Virus record (IMG/VR): IMGVR_UViG_3300048847_000023
Span: 1-45,625 of that record
DNA from: a virus
Lineage: Duplodnaviria; Caudoviricetes
DNA length: 45,625 nucleotides
Strand: one strand, 5' to 3'
In this document: positions 37,968 to 45,625 of the stretch, piece after piece
Position numbering within the stretch: position 1 is the stretch's first letter
How the letters are laid out: each line of letters opens with the position of its first letter
Program-made: the position numbers and the translations under genes
Notes under the pieces: model-generated
The model's input: only the letters and a program-made list of their open reading frames with translations
Told to the model about the DNA's origin: nothing
The model's database searches: none

Positions 37968-38341
37968 GCGTCGGTTTCCGTCAGCTTGTTGAACGCAAAA
38001 ATCTCGTGGGACAGAAGGTTCTGGTCCTGAAAATGGATCTTTGAGACAACGTCGGGAGCTAGTCTTTCGTATTCCTTGCCGCCGATGTTTTCCTTGCCCA
38101 TCCTCAGCTTCAAATCGTTTCCGTCAACGTCAGCGAAGTTTTCCACCGCGACGAGGCCGAAAGACACGACCTTGGCCAAGGCTTCGACGGTGCCGGAGCG
38201 AGCGAGTTCGATCAGATGTGCGCAGAGGCGCGAGTCCAGAGTCTTGATCGTGAAGCGGGAAGCGTCTTCCGTGCCCTTGTCCGGGTCCGTGTCCAACTCC
38301 ACAACCTTGGTATTCGCGAGATTGATTGCCCTGAGTGCCAT
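37958..38341 (-). CDS. Tail assembly chaperone G
   Basis: Between tail tube and tape measure; ends AKN-stop on the slippery sequence. Confidence 0.85.
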   Translation of the reverse strand: MALRAINLANTKVVELDTDPDKGTEDASRFTIKTLDSRLCAHLIELARSGTVEALAKVVSFGLVAVENFADVDGNDLKLRMGKENIGGKEYERLAPDVVSKIHFQDQNLLSHEIFAFNKLTETDAKN

Positions 38342-38373
38342 TTTCGTCTGCCTTTCTTTCCTGTTGGCCGACC

Positions 38374-38400
38374 GTGCATCCGAGGTGGTCCCGGATGCAC
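38374..38400. repeat. Dispersed motif copy 6 (variant with extra half-site)
   Basis: GTGGTCCCGGATGCAC (38385-38400, 14/16) preceded by GTGCATCCG (38374-38382). Confidence 0.75.
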
Positions 38401-38412
38401 GCCGATTTACGA

Positions 38413-38577
38413 TTAGTTTTTCGTCGCTACATGTCTTTCGACCCAAGAACCTGGATTGTCTTCGAAGACCTTCCGTGCTCCGATCGACGTGAGCCGGATC
38501 GCCAGGATTTTCGGAGATCCGACACTTCCGTCTTCACGGACGGGACGGTGGAAAACGACATAGATTTTTGCCTCCAT
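38413..38577 (-). CDS. Small hypothetical protein
   Basis: 54-aa ORF with purine-rich RBS between tail tube and chaperone. Confidence 0.55.
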   Translation of the reverse strand: MEAKIYVVFHRPVREDGSVGSPKILAIRLTSIGARKVFEDNPGSWVERHVATKN

Positions 38578-38641
38578 CCCCTTTCCCCTTTTCCCATCCA
38601 TGATTACGGTTCCTACTCTTTTAGATTACCACAAATTCGGC

Positions 38642-39916
38642 TCAGCAAAAAATCCAGCGAACGGAATCGTTCCCTTTGAAGCGCTTGGCTCCGAAGCTGA
38701 TGTCATAAGTGACGATCATGTCCCGGTCGGAATACGGCATGCCGCTGATCTGGCAGCGGGGCATCTCGCACACGACCATGTTGCCCCTCTCCTGTCCGAC
38801 GCGGGTGGAGAAGTGGACGGGACGGCCTTTGGACATCTGGGCCCAGAAGCCGACTTCGCTCTCAAGCGTGGCTTCGGGGGTCATTCCGCCTACCGGAGTG
38901 CGGTCGGTGATGCGGTATCCCTTGTAGCCTTCGCGGCTGTTCACGTCCGGGCGAGGAACGAGGTTGTTGCCTTGCTCGAAGCTCCAATCGCCGACGACAA
39001 GTTCAGACTCGCTTCCCCACGTCAGGTTGGAGAGTTCTACCATGGGCGTAGTGCCTTGATCGTAGACGGGGTCTTCGGGCATCGGCAGCGTGACGACTTC
39101 CTGATGCTGACCCTGGAAGGAGAACTCCATCTTCGCCGTTTCGCCCGAGGTGGCGGTGACGGTGAACGTTCCCATCGCGCCGAGGATCTTGTGTCTGTTG
39201 TCGTCCATGTACATGTCGAGCGTGATCGAGGGGAAATTGTCCGAGATCAGCTTGTATCCCACGCCTGTAGGGGTTACGAGCACGCGGAAGATATCGCCTG
39301 CGAGCAGGGTTCCGGTGAAGGTCGGGGTAATCGTCGCGAGGGAATCGCCGAGGTCGAGCGCGTCTCCGGACGTGACGACCACGTCTTCCAGCGCGGCTCC
39401 GCCTTCGTCCGCGTCGTTGTTCGTGACCGACACTTCTGCGACACCGGATCCGCCGCCCTGCGTGACGGTGACGGTGTACAGTACGGGTTTGGCGAGGGCG
39501 GGCGTGCCTCCGGCTACCCACGTGACCTTCTCGCGAGCTATGGCGCTGGAGGCGAAGTCGGGAACGACCTTGCCGACGCACAGCGCTCCGGTGACGGCGT
39601 AAGCCTGGTAGCCGCAAGCGCGGATCAGGCGGCCGATCTTGGACTCGTCGGACAGAAGGCCGGACTGCGTCTTGCCGTTGCCGCGCACTTCGACGGTGAA
39701 AGTCATCGTGGCGAGCTTGCGCCCGACGGTGTCCTCGAACTTGTCGAGGTCGGTGGAAACGCGGAGTGACTCGATCATAGTCTGATCGATCTCATAGCCC
39801 GGCTCGCCCGCGTCCACCGCGTCATCCGTTGCGTTGGGGGCTGCGTCCACTCCGTATGCGGATTCGATCTTCGCAAGGACGACAGACCGCTTCGTGCTTA
39901 GTGTTTTAAAAGCCAT
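38642..39916 (-). CDS. Tail tube (major tail) protein
   Basis: VLAKIESAYGVD N-terminus, LIRACG, GAMGTF, ITDRTPVG; position in the operon. Confidence 0.85.
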   Translation of the reverse strand: MAFKTLSTKRSVVLAKIESAYGVDAAPNATDDAVDAGEPGYEIDQTMIESLRVSTDLDKFEDTVGRKLATMTFTVEVRGNGKTQSGLLSDESKIGRLIRACGYQAYAVTGALCVGKVVPDFASSAIAREKVTWVAGGTPALAKPVLYTVTVTQGGGSGVAEVSVTNNDADEGGAALEDVVVTSGDALDLGDSLATITPTFTGTLLAGDIFRVLVTPTGVGYKLISDNFPSITLDMYMDDNRHKILGAMGTFTVTATSGETAKMEFSFQGQHQEVVTLPMPEDPVYDQGTTPMVELSNLTWGSESELVVGDWSFEQGNNLVPRPDVNSREGYKGYRITDRTPVGGMTPEATLESEVGFWAQMSKGRPVHFSTRVGQERGNMVVCEMPRCQISGMPYSDRDMIVTYDISFGAKRFKGNDSVRWIFC

Positions 39917-39917
39917 T

Positions 39918-40421
39918 TCATTCACCTTTTAGTCTGCGCGGATCTGCCGCTAGATGCCTGTAGTGTATTGACCAGACCGAAATCCCGTTTACGATTGAGT
40001 CTCCTGAACCGTCCACGTCGAACTCGCTTCCCACTTCATCGGCGGTAATTGCTAGTCCTCCGAATTGCTCCGAAGAAATCGCGTGCATCCGCCGCTGCAC
40101 ATCTACAAGTATCCTGTTCAGAACACTTGAAGAATTACTTTTCTCGTTCGGGACAATCTTGTGGTAGAAGGTGAGGTTTACGAGAAGCATCTTGTCCGTG
40201 GACTTGTTGACTTCAGGTCTACGTTCCTCTCTCGAATCCACTATTTCCAGAACGTCTAAGGCTCTTCCAAGATCGTCTACAACGAATGGCCGCCTGATGA
40301 TTTTCTGACCCCAGGTCGTCGTGTATCCGTCTTCTCCCGCCCTTACGTCGCTAAAAGATTCCGAGACGTAGCGAAGGATATTTTCCCGGACGCTGAGGGA
40401 ATGATCGCGGACAAAAGTCAC
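39918..40421 (-). CDS. Tail terminator-like protein
   Basis: SVRENIL...GGLA...IHYRH-DP pattern; just upstream of the tube gene. Confidence 0.7.
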   Translation of the reverse strand: MTFVRDHSLSVRENILRYVSESFSDVRAGEDGYTTTWGQKIIRRPFVVDDLGRALDVLEIVDSREERRPEVNKSTDKMLLVNLTFYHKIVPNEKSNSSSVLNRILVDVQRRMHAISSEQFGGLAITADEVGSEFDVDGSGDSIVNGISVWSIHYRHLAADPRRLKGE

Positions 40422-40422
40422 T

Positions 40423-41055
40423 TCACACCCCCATTGACTTCATGAGAGCCGTTGCGATCTTCGCCTCCATTTGAGGATACCCTTTTTCCATAGCGTCGTT
40501 CAAACCGAGTCGGGACTTGATCGTGACCGACTTCTTGAGGACGTAGAGGGGTTCTATTCCCTCGCCGACCTTGCGCCTGCCGATGATCAAATTTCCCTTC
40601 TTGGACCTGAAGACAAAGCCTCCGTTCCAGTCCCGAGGGCGGTTCCGGAGAGGAATGCCCTTTGAGGAAAGAGCCGCCTGAAGAGGGATCGCGAGGTATT
40701 TCGACCGCTTGGGAGTGATCGTCCCTCCAGTCTCGTGAATGCCCATCGTCCCTGTGCTGATCGAGCCGATGATCGAGTCCAGGGAGCCGCCGCGGACGGC
40801 TATCGACCGCTTGATCGAGGCCAGTCCCGCACCGGAGCGCTTGTGAAGCGAGTCCGACTGGCTTCCCCAAGACCACGCCTTCGAGTGCCGGGCTTCAAGT
40901 TCGCGGAAGACCTTGTTCAGGCCGTCACGAACCTCTTTCGAGACAAGGGGGCCGCTTTGGGAAATGCCTTTGCTGATGCCTTCGGGAGCGGATTTCAGCC
41001 CTGCGGCGAGGTCGGAGAATTCCTGGCCGGATACGTTGACGGAGACTTCGAACAT
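40423..41055 (-). CDS. Neck / tail completion protein
   Basis: IHETGGTITPKRSKYLAIP and LYVLKKSVTI motifs. Confidence 0.75.
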   Translation of the reverse strand: MFEVSVNVSGQEFSDLAAGLKSAPEGISKGISQSGPLVSKEVRDGLNKVFRELEARHSKAWSWGSQSDSLHKRSGAGLASIKRSIAVRGGSLDSIIGSISTGTMGIHETGGTITPKRSKYLAIPLQAALSSKGIPLRNRPRDWNGGFVFRSKKGNLIIGRRKVGEGIEPLYVLKKSVTIKSRLGLNDAMEKGYPQMEAKIATALMKSMGV

Positions 41056-41056
41056 G

Positions 41057-41698
41057 TCATGACCTCCCCGTCAGGATGCGGCGGTATGGGGCGCAGAGAT
41101 CGGCCGCCTGCGGTACCAGACCGCCGACGCTTTCCCACTGGGCTTGCGCCATAACCCCGGTCTTGGATTCGGTGCGCTCTTTCTCGAAGCCGATGTTCAG
41201 CCTGTTCATTCTCTTTTCGAGATACAGAGCTTGATAGAATCCGGCCAGACGCAAGGCTTCCGGCGCTCGGGCAAGCCACGCGTCTCCGTCAGGCTCCGTA
41301 ACGATCGGTTCGTATCCTCCGACGTAGGAAACCTTCACCGAGCGGGTGCTACGGACAGTAGGAACAAGGAGGCGCAGAACGCCCCTATCTGCATCGATCT
41401 CGTAGTCCGAGAGACTCAGAGCCGTGTTCGGGGAGAAACGCCCTGATGAAGCGTAATGCACTTCCAGCGGCTCTGAAGCGTCAATCGCGAATGTTTCCAG
41501 ATGGAGCGGCTTCGCATAATCGGCGGTCGATAGAAATTCGATGCGGCCCCCTCGCGTCAGCGTCTTCCGAATAAACGACTCCACATTGAGAGTCGCCTGA
41601 AGGACGAGACGGCGATAAATGCCGTCTCTTTCCGTCGAGTTGGAGTCCGCAAGCTCGGCCTTCAACTCGGAAAGATTGACAAGGGGAGCCGTCGTCAT
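41057..41698 (-). CDS. Head-tail adaptor/connector
   Basis: LVNLSELKAEL, VKVSYVGGY, P-ALRLA, LCAPYRR. Confidence 0.8.
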   Translation of the reverse strand: MTTAPLVNLSELKAELADSNSTERDGIYRRLVLQATLNVESFIRKTLTRGGRIEFLSTADYAKPLHLETFAIDASEPLEVHYASSGRFSPNTALSLSDYEIDADRGVLRLLVPTVRSTRSVKVSYVGGYEPIVTEPDGDAWLARAPEALRLAGFYQALYLEKRMNRLNIGFEKERTESKTGVMAQAQWESVGGLVPQAADLCAPYRRILTGRS

Positions 41699-41700
41699 GA

Positions 41701-42012
41701 TCAGCGAGCTTTCGGACGGCCGGAAACGACCGGAGCGGCCGGGGCGGAATCGTCCATGTCAGCTTCGTCGGCATCGGTCACGACCGGGGAGGGGGTGCTG
41801 ACAGTAGCCGGAGCAGAAGCGCGTCCTACCGGAGAGAAGACGAACTTGGGAACGTCCATCGGCTCCTTGGTAGTCGGATGCAGAGCCTTGTCGACCGCAT
41901 AAGTCTCAAGGTGCTGCTTCGTCGCTTCGTCCACGACGACCGACTTGCCGTTGACGTACTTCACTCCGGCGAGGATGTAGATGTCGCCGTGCTTCAAAGT
42001 CGCATTGTACAT
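41701..42012 (-). CDS. Small head-associated protein (YqbF-like)
   Basis: ATLKHGDIY...VVVDEATKQHL; directly after the capsid gene. Confidence 0.6.
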   Translation of the reverse strand: MYNATLKHGDIYILAGVKYVNGKSVVVDEATKQHLETYAVDKALHPTTKEPMDVPKFVFSPVGRASAPATVSTPSPVVTDADEADMDDSAPAAPVVSGRPKAR

Positions 42013-42046
42013 TTCGGCTTCCTTTTTTCATGATGCCTAAAGATGT

Positions 42047-42073
42047 TGACGGAGGATCAGGAACCCTCCGTCA
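42047..42073 (-). terminator. Stem-loop after the capsid gene
   Basis: TGACGGAGG-N9-CCTCCGTCA; weak U tract, so it may instead stabilise the mRNA. Confidence 0.5.
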
Positions 42074-42086
42074 GTAGTGCGGTAGA

Positions 42087-43001
42087 TCATCCGACGTTGA
42101 TGATCTTGGCGGCGGCCTTCGGATTCACGACGGTAACGCCCATAACCAGCGTCGCCACGACATATATTTCGCGGGACTTGATGTTGCGGTCGGTCTCGAC
42201 GCGAATGTTTCTCTGAAGACCCCAGGCGATGTTGCGGGGATCCGTCAGCATGATCACGTCTTCCGGCATTCCAGTTACGCCGTGGACGAAGATGCCAGCA
42301 GCGCTGCGCTTCTGGTTCGTCGCCAGGGCGGAGTCGCCGAGTCCGGTCTGACGGTCGGACAGGACGGAGGCGTATTCAACTTCCTGTGCGCTGGAAGTGA
42401 AGAAGCCGAGTGCGGACCTGTCGTCGCGGTACTCTTCCGGCAGAGCCAGGAAGCCCGACTTCAGGACGGTCGGGGAGATTCCGGCGGAAGCGGCGTCGGA
42501 GACGTTGGCCGACATCAGCTTGAGCGCTCCGTCGAACTTGTTGTAGTCGTCGTCAACGGAAGCGGTGTCGCTGCGCAGGATGATCTTCTGAATGTCGCGC
42601 CTGATGGCTTTATTCAGTTCCGTGAGGAAAGTGTCCTGGAACGACTCGCCCTCGATGTTATTTTCGAAGATCTCGTACGGAAGCCAAGCTTCCGCCTGGA
42701 ATTCCACGGCATTGATCGTGGGCTGCCTGAAGTTGGGGTCGACCCTCTTTCCGGCGGCGAGCAGACGGTCGCCAGTGCGGTTGGCGGCGTGCAGGACTTG
42801 ACCCTGAAGACCGAAAGCGCTGATCTTCTTGGTGTTGGAGGTCATCTGGTGCGTCTGTATCGACGACAGGAACGCGGAGTTCTGGACGAGATCGACGTAA
42901 AACTTGTCGTTCTGGTCAGGATTCAAGAGTCCGCCGTTGGAGGCCAGTTCTCCCAGAGAGATGTCGGCGCGGCGGCGGAGTTCCAATTCGTTAGTAGGCA
43001 T
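42087..43001 (-). CDS. Major capsid protein (HK97 fold, XkdG-like)
   Basis: GGLLNPDQ, ENNIEG, DGALK, RQTGLGD, LTDPRNI-WG-QRNIRVE. Confidence 0.9.
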   Translation of the reverse strand: MPTNELELRRRADISLGELASNGGLLNPDQNDKFYVDLVQNSAFLSSIQTHQMTSNTKKISAFGLQGQVLHAANRTGDRLLAAGKRVDPNFRQPTINAVEFQAEAWLPYEIFENNIEGESFQDTFLTELNKAIRRDIQKIILRSDTASVDDDYNKFDGALKLMSANVSDAASAGISPTVLKSGFLALPEEYRDDRSALGFFTSSAQEVEYASVLSDRQTGLGDSALATNQKRSAAGIFVHGVTGMPEDVIMLTDPRNIAWGLQRNIRVETDRNIKSREIYVVATLVMGVTVVNPKAAAKIINVG

Positions 43002-43032
43002 AACTTCTCTTCCTTCGATAAGCGGTTTTTAC

Positions 43033-44253
43033 TTAGTTTCCGTTGAACGCCGACATGCCACGTCCACCAACCTTGATGGTTTGGGTCTTCTTGACTTGTA
43101 CGGACTCGTCCGGAGTCGCCGATTTGCGGGTCTGTCCGGCGTTCTCGACGCGTTCCAGACGTGCACTCAGTTTCTCCGCGTTCTCGCGATCCATCTTCAG
43201 TGCCGAAACGAGTTCCGCGATGGATCCCGTAAGGGACGCCAGAGCGTTCTTCATCTCAGCCACTTCATCGGTCTTCGCGACGGCCGCCTGTTCGACTGCC
43301 TCAATATCCGCCGCCGGGGCGGATCCTGTTTCGGCCTCCTCGGTAACCGGAGCCTGATCGGCTTCGACGGTCTCCGTGGACTCGGCCGGAATTTCAGTTT
43401 CAGTAACGGTCTCTTCGACGGTCACGGCTTCGGTGCTTACTGCCTCGGACACGGCTTCGGGAGCCGCTTCGTCCTTCAGAGCTTCGGACTTGACGCGGTT
43501 TCCGTAGGAGTCGAAAAGCGCGGTGCGTTCGGCGTAAGGAATGCCGCGAGAAGCTTCAGCAAGGAGAACCAAGCGGTCGGCATAGTCTGAGACGATCTGT
43601 CGGACTACTGCCGTTTCCGCACCGTCACGAAGAGCATTGTCCAGAGCGGTAGTGAGCACTGCGTTGAGTTCGTAGTAGCCGATTGGGATTCCGCTCCAGC
43701 GCGAGGAGTCGGTGATCACTTCTTCGACGGTCGTGCCGCTGGAATAGACCGCGTCGTAAGCGTCAAATTTCTTGGAAGAGACTATGGAAGTCGGTGCATC
43801 CGGAGCCACGGTTTCGGACTTCGTGCTCGTTTCCGCGACGACGGTTCCTGCTACTTCTACAGAAGCCTGGACCGGATCGGCCAGCCTGCCGACGATGACA
43901 GAGACATCTCCGTAGTCGACCCTTTCGGTTTCCGGCAGGAAATCGGCTTTGGATACGGCTATGAAGCCAACGCCTTCCTCCGTAAGATCGTAAGTGCCGG
44001 AGGATACTCCTCCCTCCGCAAGCCAAGCATGGCAAGCATCGGCTGTTTCGAATTTATCGCCCTTGAAAATGACGGATTGGAATTCGAGACCATCCGACTT
44101 TCTGCTGTTCAAAATCGTCATTGCATCGTCCTCGGTTTTTACGGAGCGGAATGGACTTTTGTTTGCGCCGCCGGAAACAAGGCTGACGAAAGACGGCTCA
44201 GGATCCGTGAGCAGTGTGATTTTCTTGACGAAGGTTTTTGCGGACCTGAACAT
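43033..44253 (-). CDS. Putative scaffold with N-terminal protease-like motif
   Basis: SFVSLVSGGAN at the N-terminus; acidic low-complexity region and coiled coil before the capsid gene. Confidence 0.7.
   Translation of the reverse strand: MFRSAKTFVKKITLLTDPEPSFVSLVSGGANKSPFRSVKTEDDAMTILNSRKSDGLEFQSVIFKGDKFETADACHAWLAEGGVSSGTYDLTEEGVGFIAVSKADFLPETERVDYGDVSVIVGRLADPVQASVEVAGTVVAETSTKSETVAPDAPTSIVSSKKFDAYDAVYSSGTTVEEVITDSSRWSGIPIGYYELNAVLTTALDNALRDGAETAVVRQIVSDYADRLVLLAEASRGIPYAERTALFDSYGNRVKSEALKDEAAPEAVSEAVSTEAVTVEETVTETEIPAESTETVEADQAPVTEEAETGSAPAADIEAVEQAAVAKTDEVAEMKNALASLTGSIAELVSALKMDRENAEKLSARLERVENAGQTRKSATPDESVQVKKTQTIKVGGRGMSAFNGN
43794..43809 (+). repeat. Dispersed 16-bp motif copy 7
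   Basis: Exact consensus inside the CDS, read as VAPDAP in a linker. Confidence 0.9.
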
Positions 44254-44258
44254 TGCGT

Positions 44259-44885
44259 TTATCCCAAAAAGAATTTGTGGATGTGACCGTCGGCGCGTCC
44301 GGTCGTTGAAGCCTTCGTGACGGCGTGGCTGTGTCCGTTCACTTCCGAAGTCGCTCCCCCGACGACGTTTCCGTCCGGGCCGACTTGGACGTATATGACG
44401 TGCCTATGACCGTCTTCGCCCGGCTCCGTGAAGCCCAGGCAGTCTCTCGTCACTTCGTAAGTCACTTCGGCTTTCACCGCTTTGACCATCGCTTCGAAAG
44501 AAAATCCGTTGATCTTTCCGTCCTTGATCATCCGCCAAATGCCGTCGTCTTCGACCTTCACCGACAAGACCCATGCGCCGACTTCGTACTCGGGCGTTGC
44601 GTGACGGACGATGAAAGACTCTACGACATGAGCGTCAACCGGGTTGTTGTCGTGCTGAACGTCAATCGCTTTGCTGAGATCCAGCCGCATGAAACGGTGG
44701 GCCATTATCTCAATGTCTTCCGCTCTCATAGCTTCGCAGTATGTGTCGAGCGTGTCCGGCGCGTAGACGAGTCCCGTCACGAGTTTCTTGTCTTCGGATA
44801 CCGACCGAAAACGTATTTCCATCCTCCGCGAAACTGCGGAGCCGGAATCACCCCTTTGGGCTATGTCTAATCCGTTTTTGCTCAT
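44259..44885 (-). CDS. Prohead protease (XkdF-like) with His-repeat tail
   Basis: LVTGLVYAP, IDVQHD, VVESFI, GAWV, GKINGFS; three GHxH repeats. Confidence 0.85.
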   Translation of the reverse strand: MSKNGLDIAQRGDSGSAVSRRMEIRFRSVSEDKKLVTGLVYAPDTLDTYCEAMRAEDIEIMAHRFMRLDLSKAIDVQHDNNPVDAHVVESFIVRHATPEYEVGAWVLSVKVEDDGIWRMIKDGKINGFSFEAMVKAVKAEVTYEVTRDCLGFTEPGEDGHRHVIYVQVGPDGNVVGGATSEVNGHSHAVTKASTTGRADGHIHKFFLG

Positions 44886-45112
44886 ACAGAGAAATTACCA
44901 CGAACAATATTAGGATTGCAAATGACTGCAAGCACCGGATCGGCCATCATTTCCGGATGCGGAGTTATAGACACAAAAAGGAAAATGAAACCCTAATTAC
45001 CTTACAGTATTGGATTAAGTTTTCGTTTACCGTGTTTCTAAATATTCACTTCATGTCTTGGAATTCGGAATCCTGTATGGGATTGTGGCCAAGCATGGAG
45101 CATAGGCCCTAA

Positions 45113-45625
45113 CAGTCCGTTGAAATACCTACCTTAAGATGAGGAGATCAGGCAGTCGAACGCCACAACCTTCCAAGGAGGGATGGTGTCGTGGCCGGCG
45201 GTCTCCAGGGACAGGAGAATCGCCCGGATCGCAAGGGTAGTCCGGCAAGACGCGCGGTAAATGAACCAGAGCACGGCTACCGCCTGGCGCGGAGTTCCGG
45301 CGCCGAAGCGGTGACGGATCACAAACCCCAGGTTGTGGGCTGCGACCTGGATCAAGTAGCGCTTCTCGACGTTCCCGGCGCCGCGCAGCCAGGTGCGGCG
45401 CAGGCCGCCGATGTCGAGGATGAGGGCGAAGCTGCGCTCGACCTTCTCCGCCCTCAGCTTGAAGGCTTGGCGGGCAACTGTACTCTTGAGCCGCGCCCGA
45501 TTGTTGTAAACAGCCCGGCGAGCCGCGTCGTCGCCGTGCCAGCGGGCAAAAGCCTTCCGCTCCTTCTCGGAGATCCGGCTTTTCCAGGCGCTGTCCTCCA
45601 GTGCCTTCAGGCCCTCGCGCGAATG
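45113..45625 (-). mobile_element. Insertion sequence end (IS1182/IS5-like), truncated by the window edge
   Basis: Transposase 3' end plus putative terminal repeat CAGTCCGTTGAAAT (45113-45126) abutting CTAA. Confidence 0.7.
45134..45625 (-). CDS. DDE transposase, C-terminal 163 aa (partial)
   Basis: Frame open from the window end: LRAEKVERSFA...GGLRRTWLRG...AAHNLG. Confidence 0.85.
   Translation of the reverse strand, partial: HSREGLKALEDSAWKSRISEKERKAFARWHGDDAARRAVYNNRARLKSTVARQAFKLRAEKVERSFALILDIGGLRRTWLRGAGNVEKRYLIQVAAHNLGFVIRHRFGAGTPRQAVAVLWFIYRASCRTTLAIRAILLSLETAGHDTIPPWKVVAFDCLISSS

Noticed and set aside
6843-43809. The dispersed 16-mer as a CRISPR repeat or a conserved peptide
   Set aside because: Copies are kilobases apart in both orientations with no cas genes, and they occur in different frames and in intergenic DNA.

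Overview
A contiguous 45 kb segment of a temperate, long-tailed (siphovirus-like) phage of an alphaproteobacterium; the host is inferred from GTA-like DUF2460/DUF2163/NlpC tail-tip genes and clustered GANTC sites. The left part has a tyrosine integrase, a Rep_3-type plasmid replication initiator with a putative origin, small early genes, a YfdR-like HD hydrolase and AT-rich accessory cassettes. From 15.3 kb the minus strand carries two collagen-like fibres, lysis genes, a dNMP kinase and phosphoesterase, tail tip, tape measure, frameshifted tail chaperones, tail tube, neck, capsid and protease. An IS transposase fragment ends the window; terminase, portal and repressor are not visible. The main unexplained signals are: (1) a 16-bp pseudo-palindrome GTGCATCCGGAGCCAC dispersed in seven copies over 37 kb; (2) two adjacent exported proteins sharing a short CSPNV-DM-G-I-I motif, C-terminal in one and N-terminal in the other; (3) two collagen genes each with exactly 35 Gly-X-Y triplets; (4) a prohead protease apparently split over two ORFs; (5) a candidate antisense sRNA; (6) a -1 frameshift site with a stimulatory hairpin. 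All family assignments come from motif recognition by eye, not database searches.
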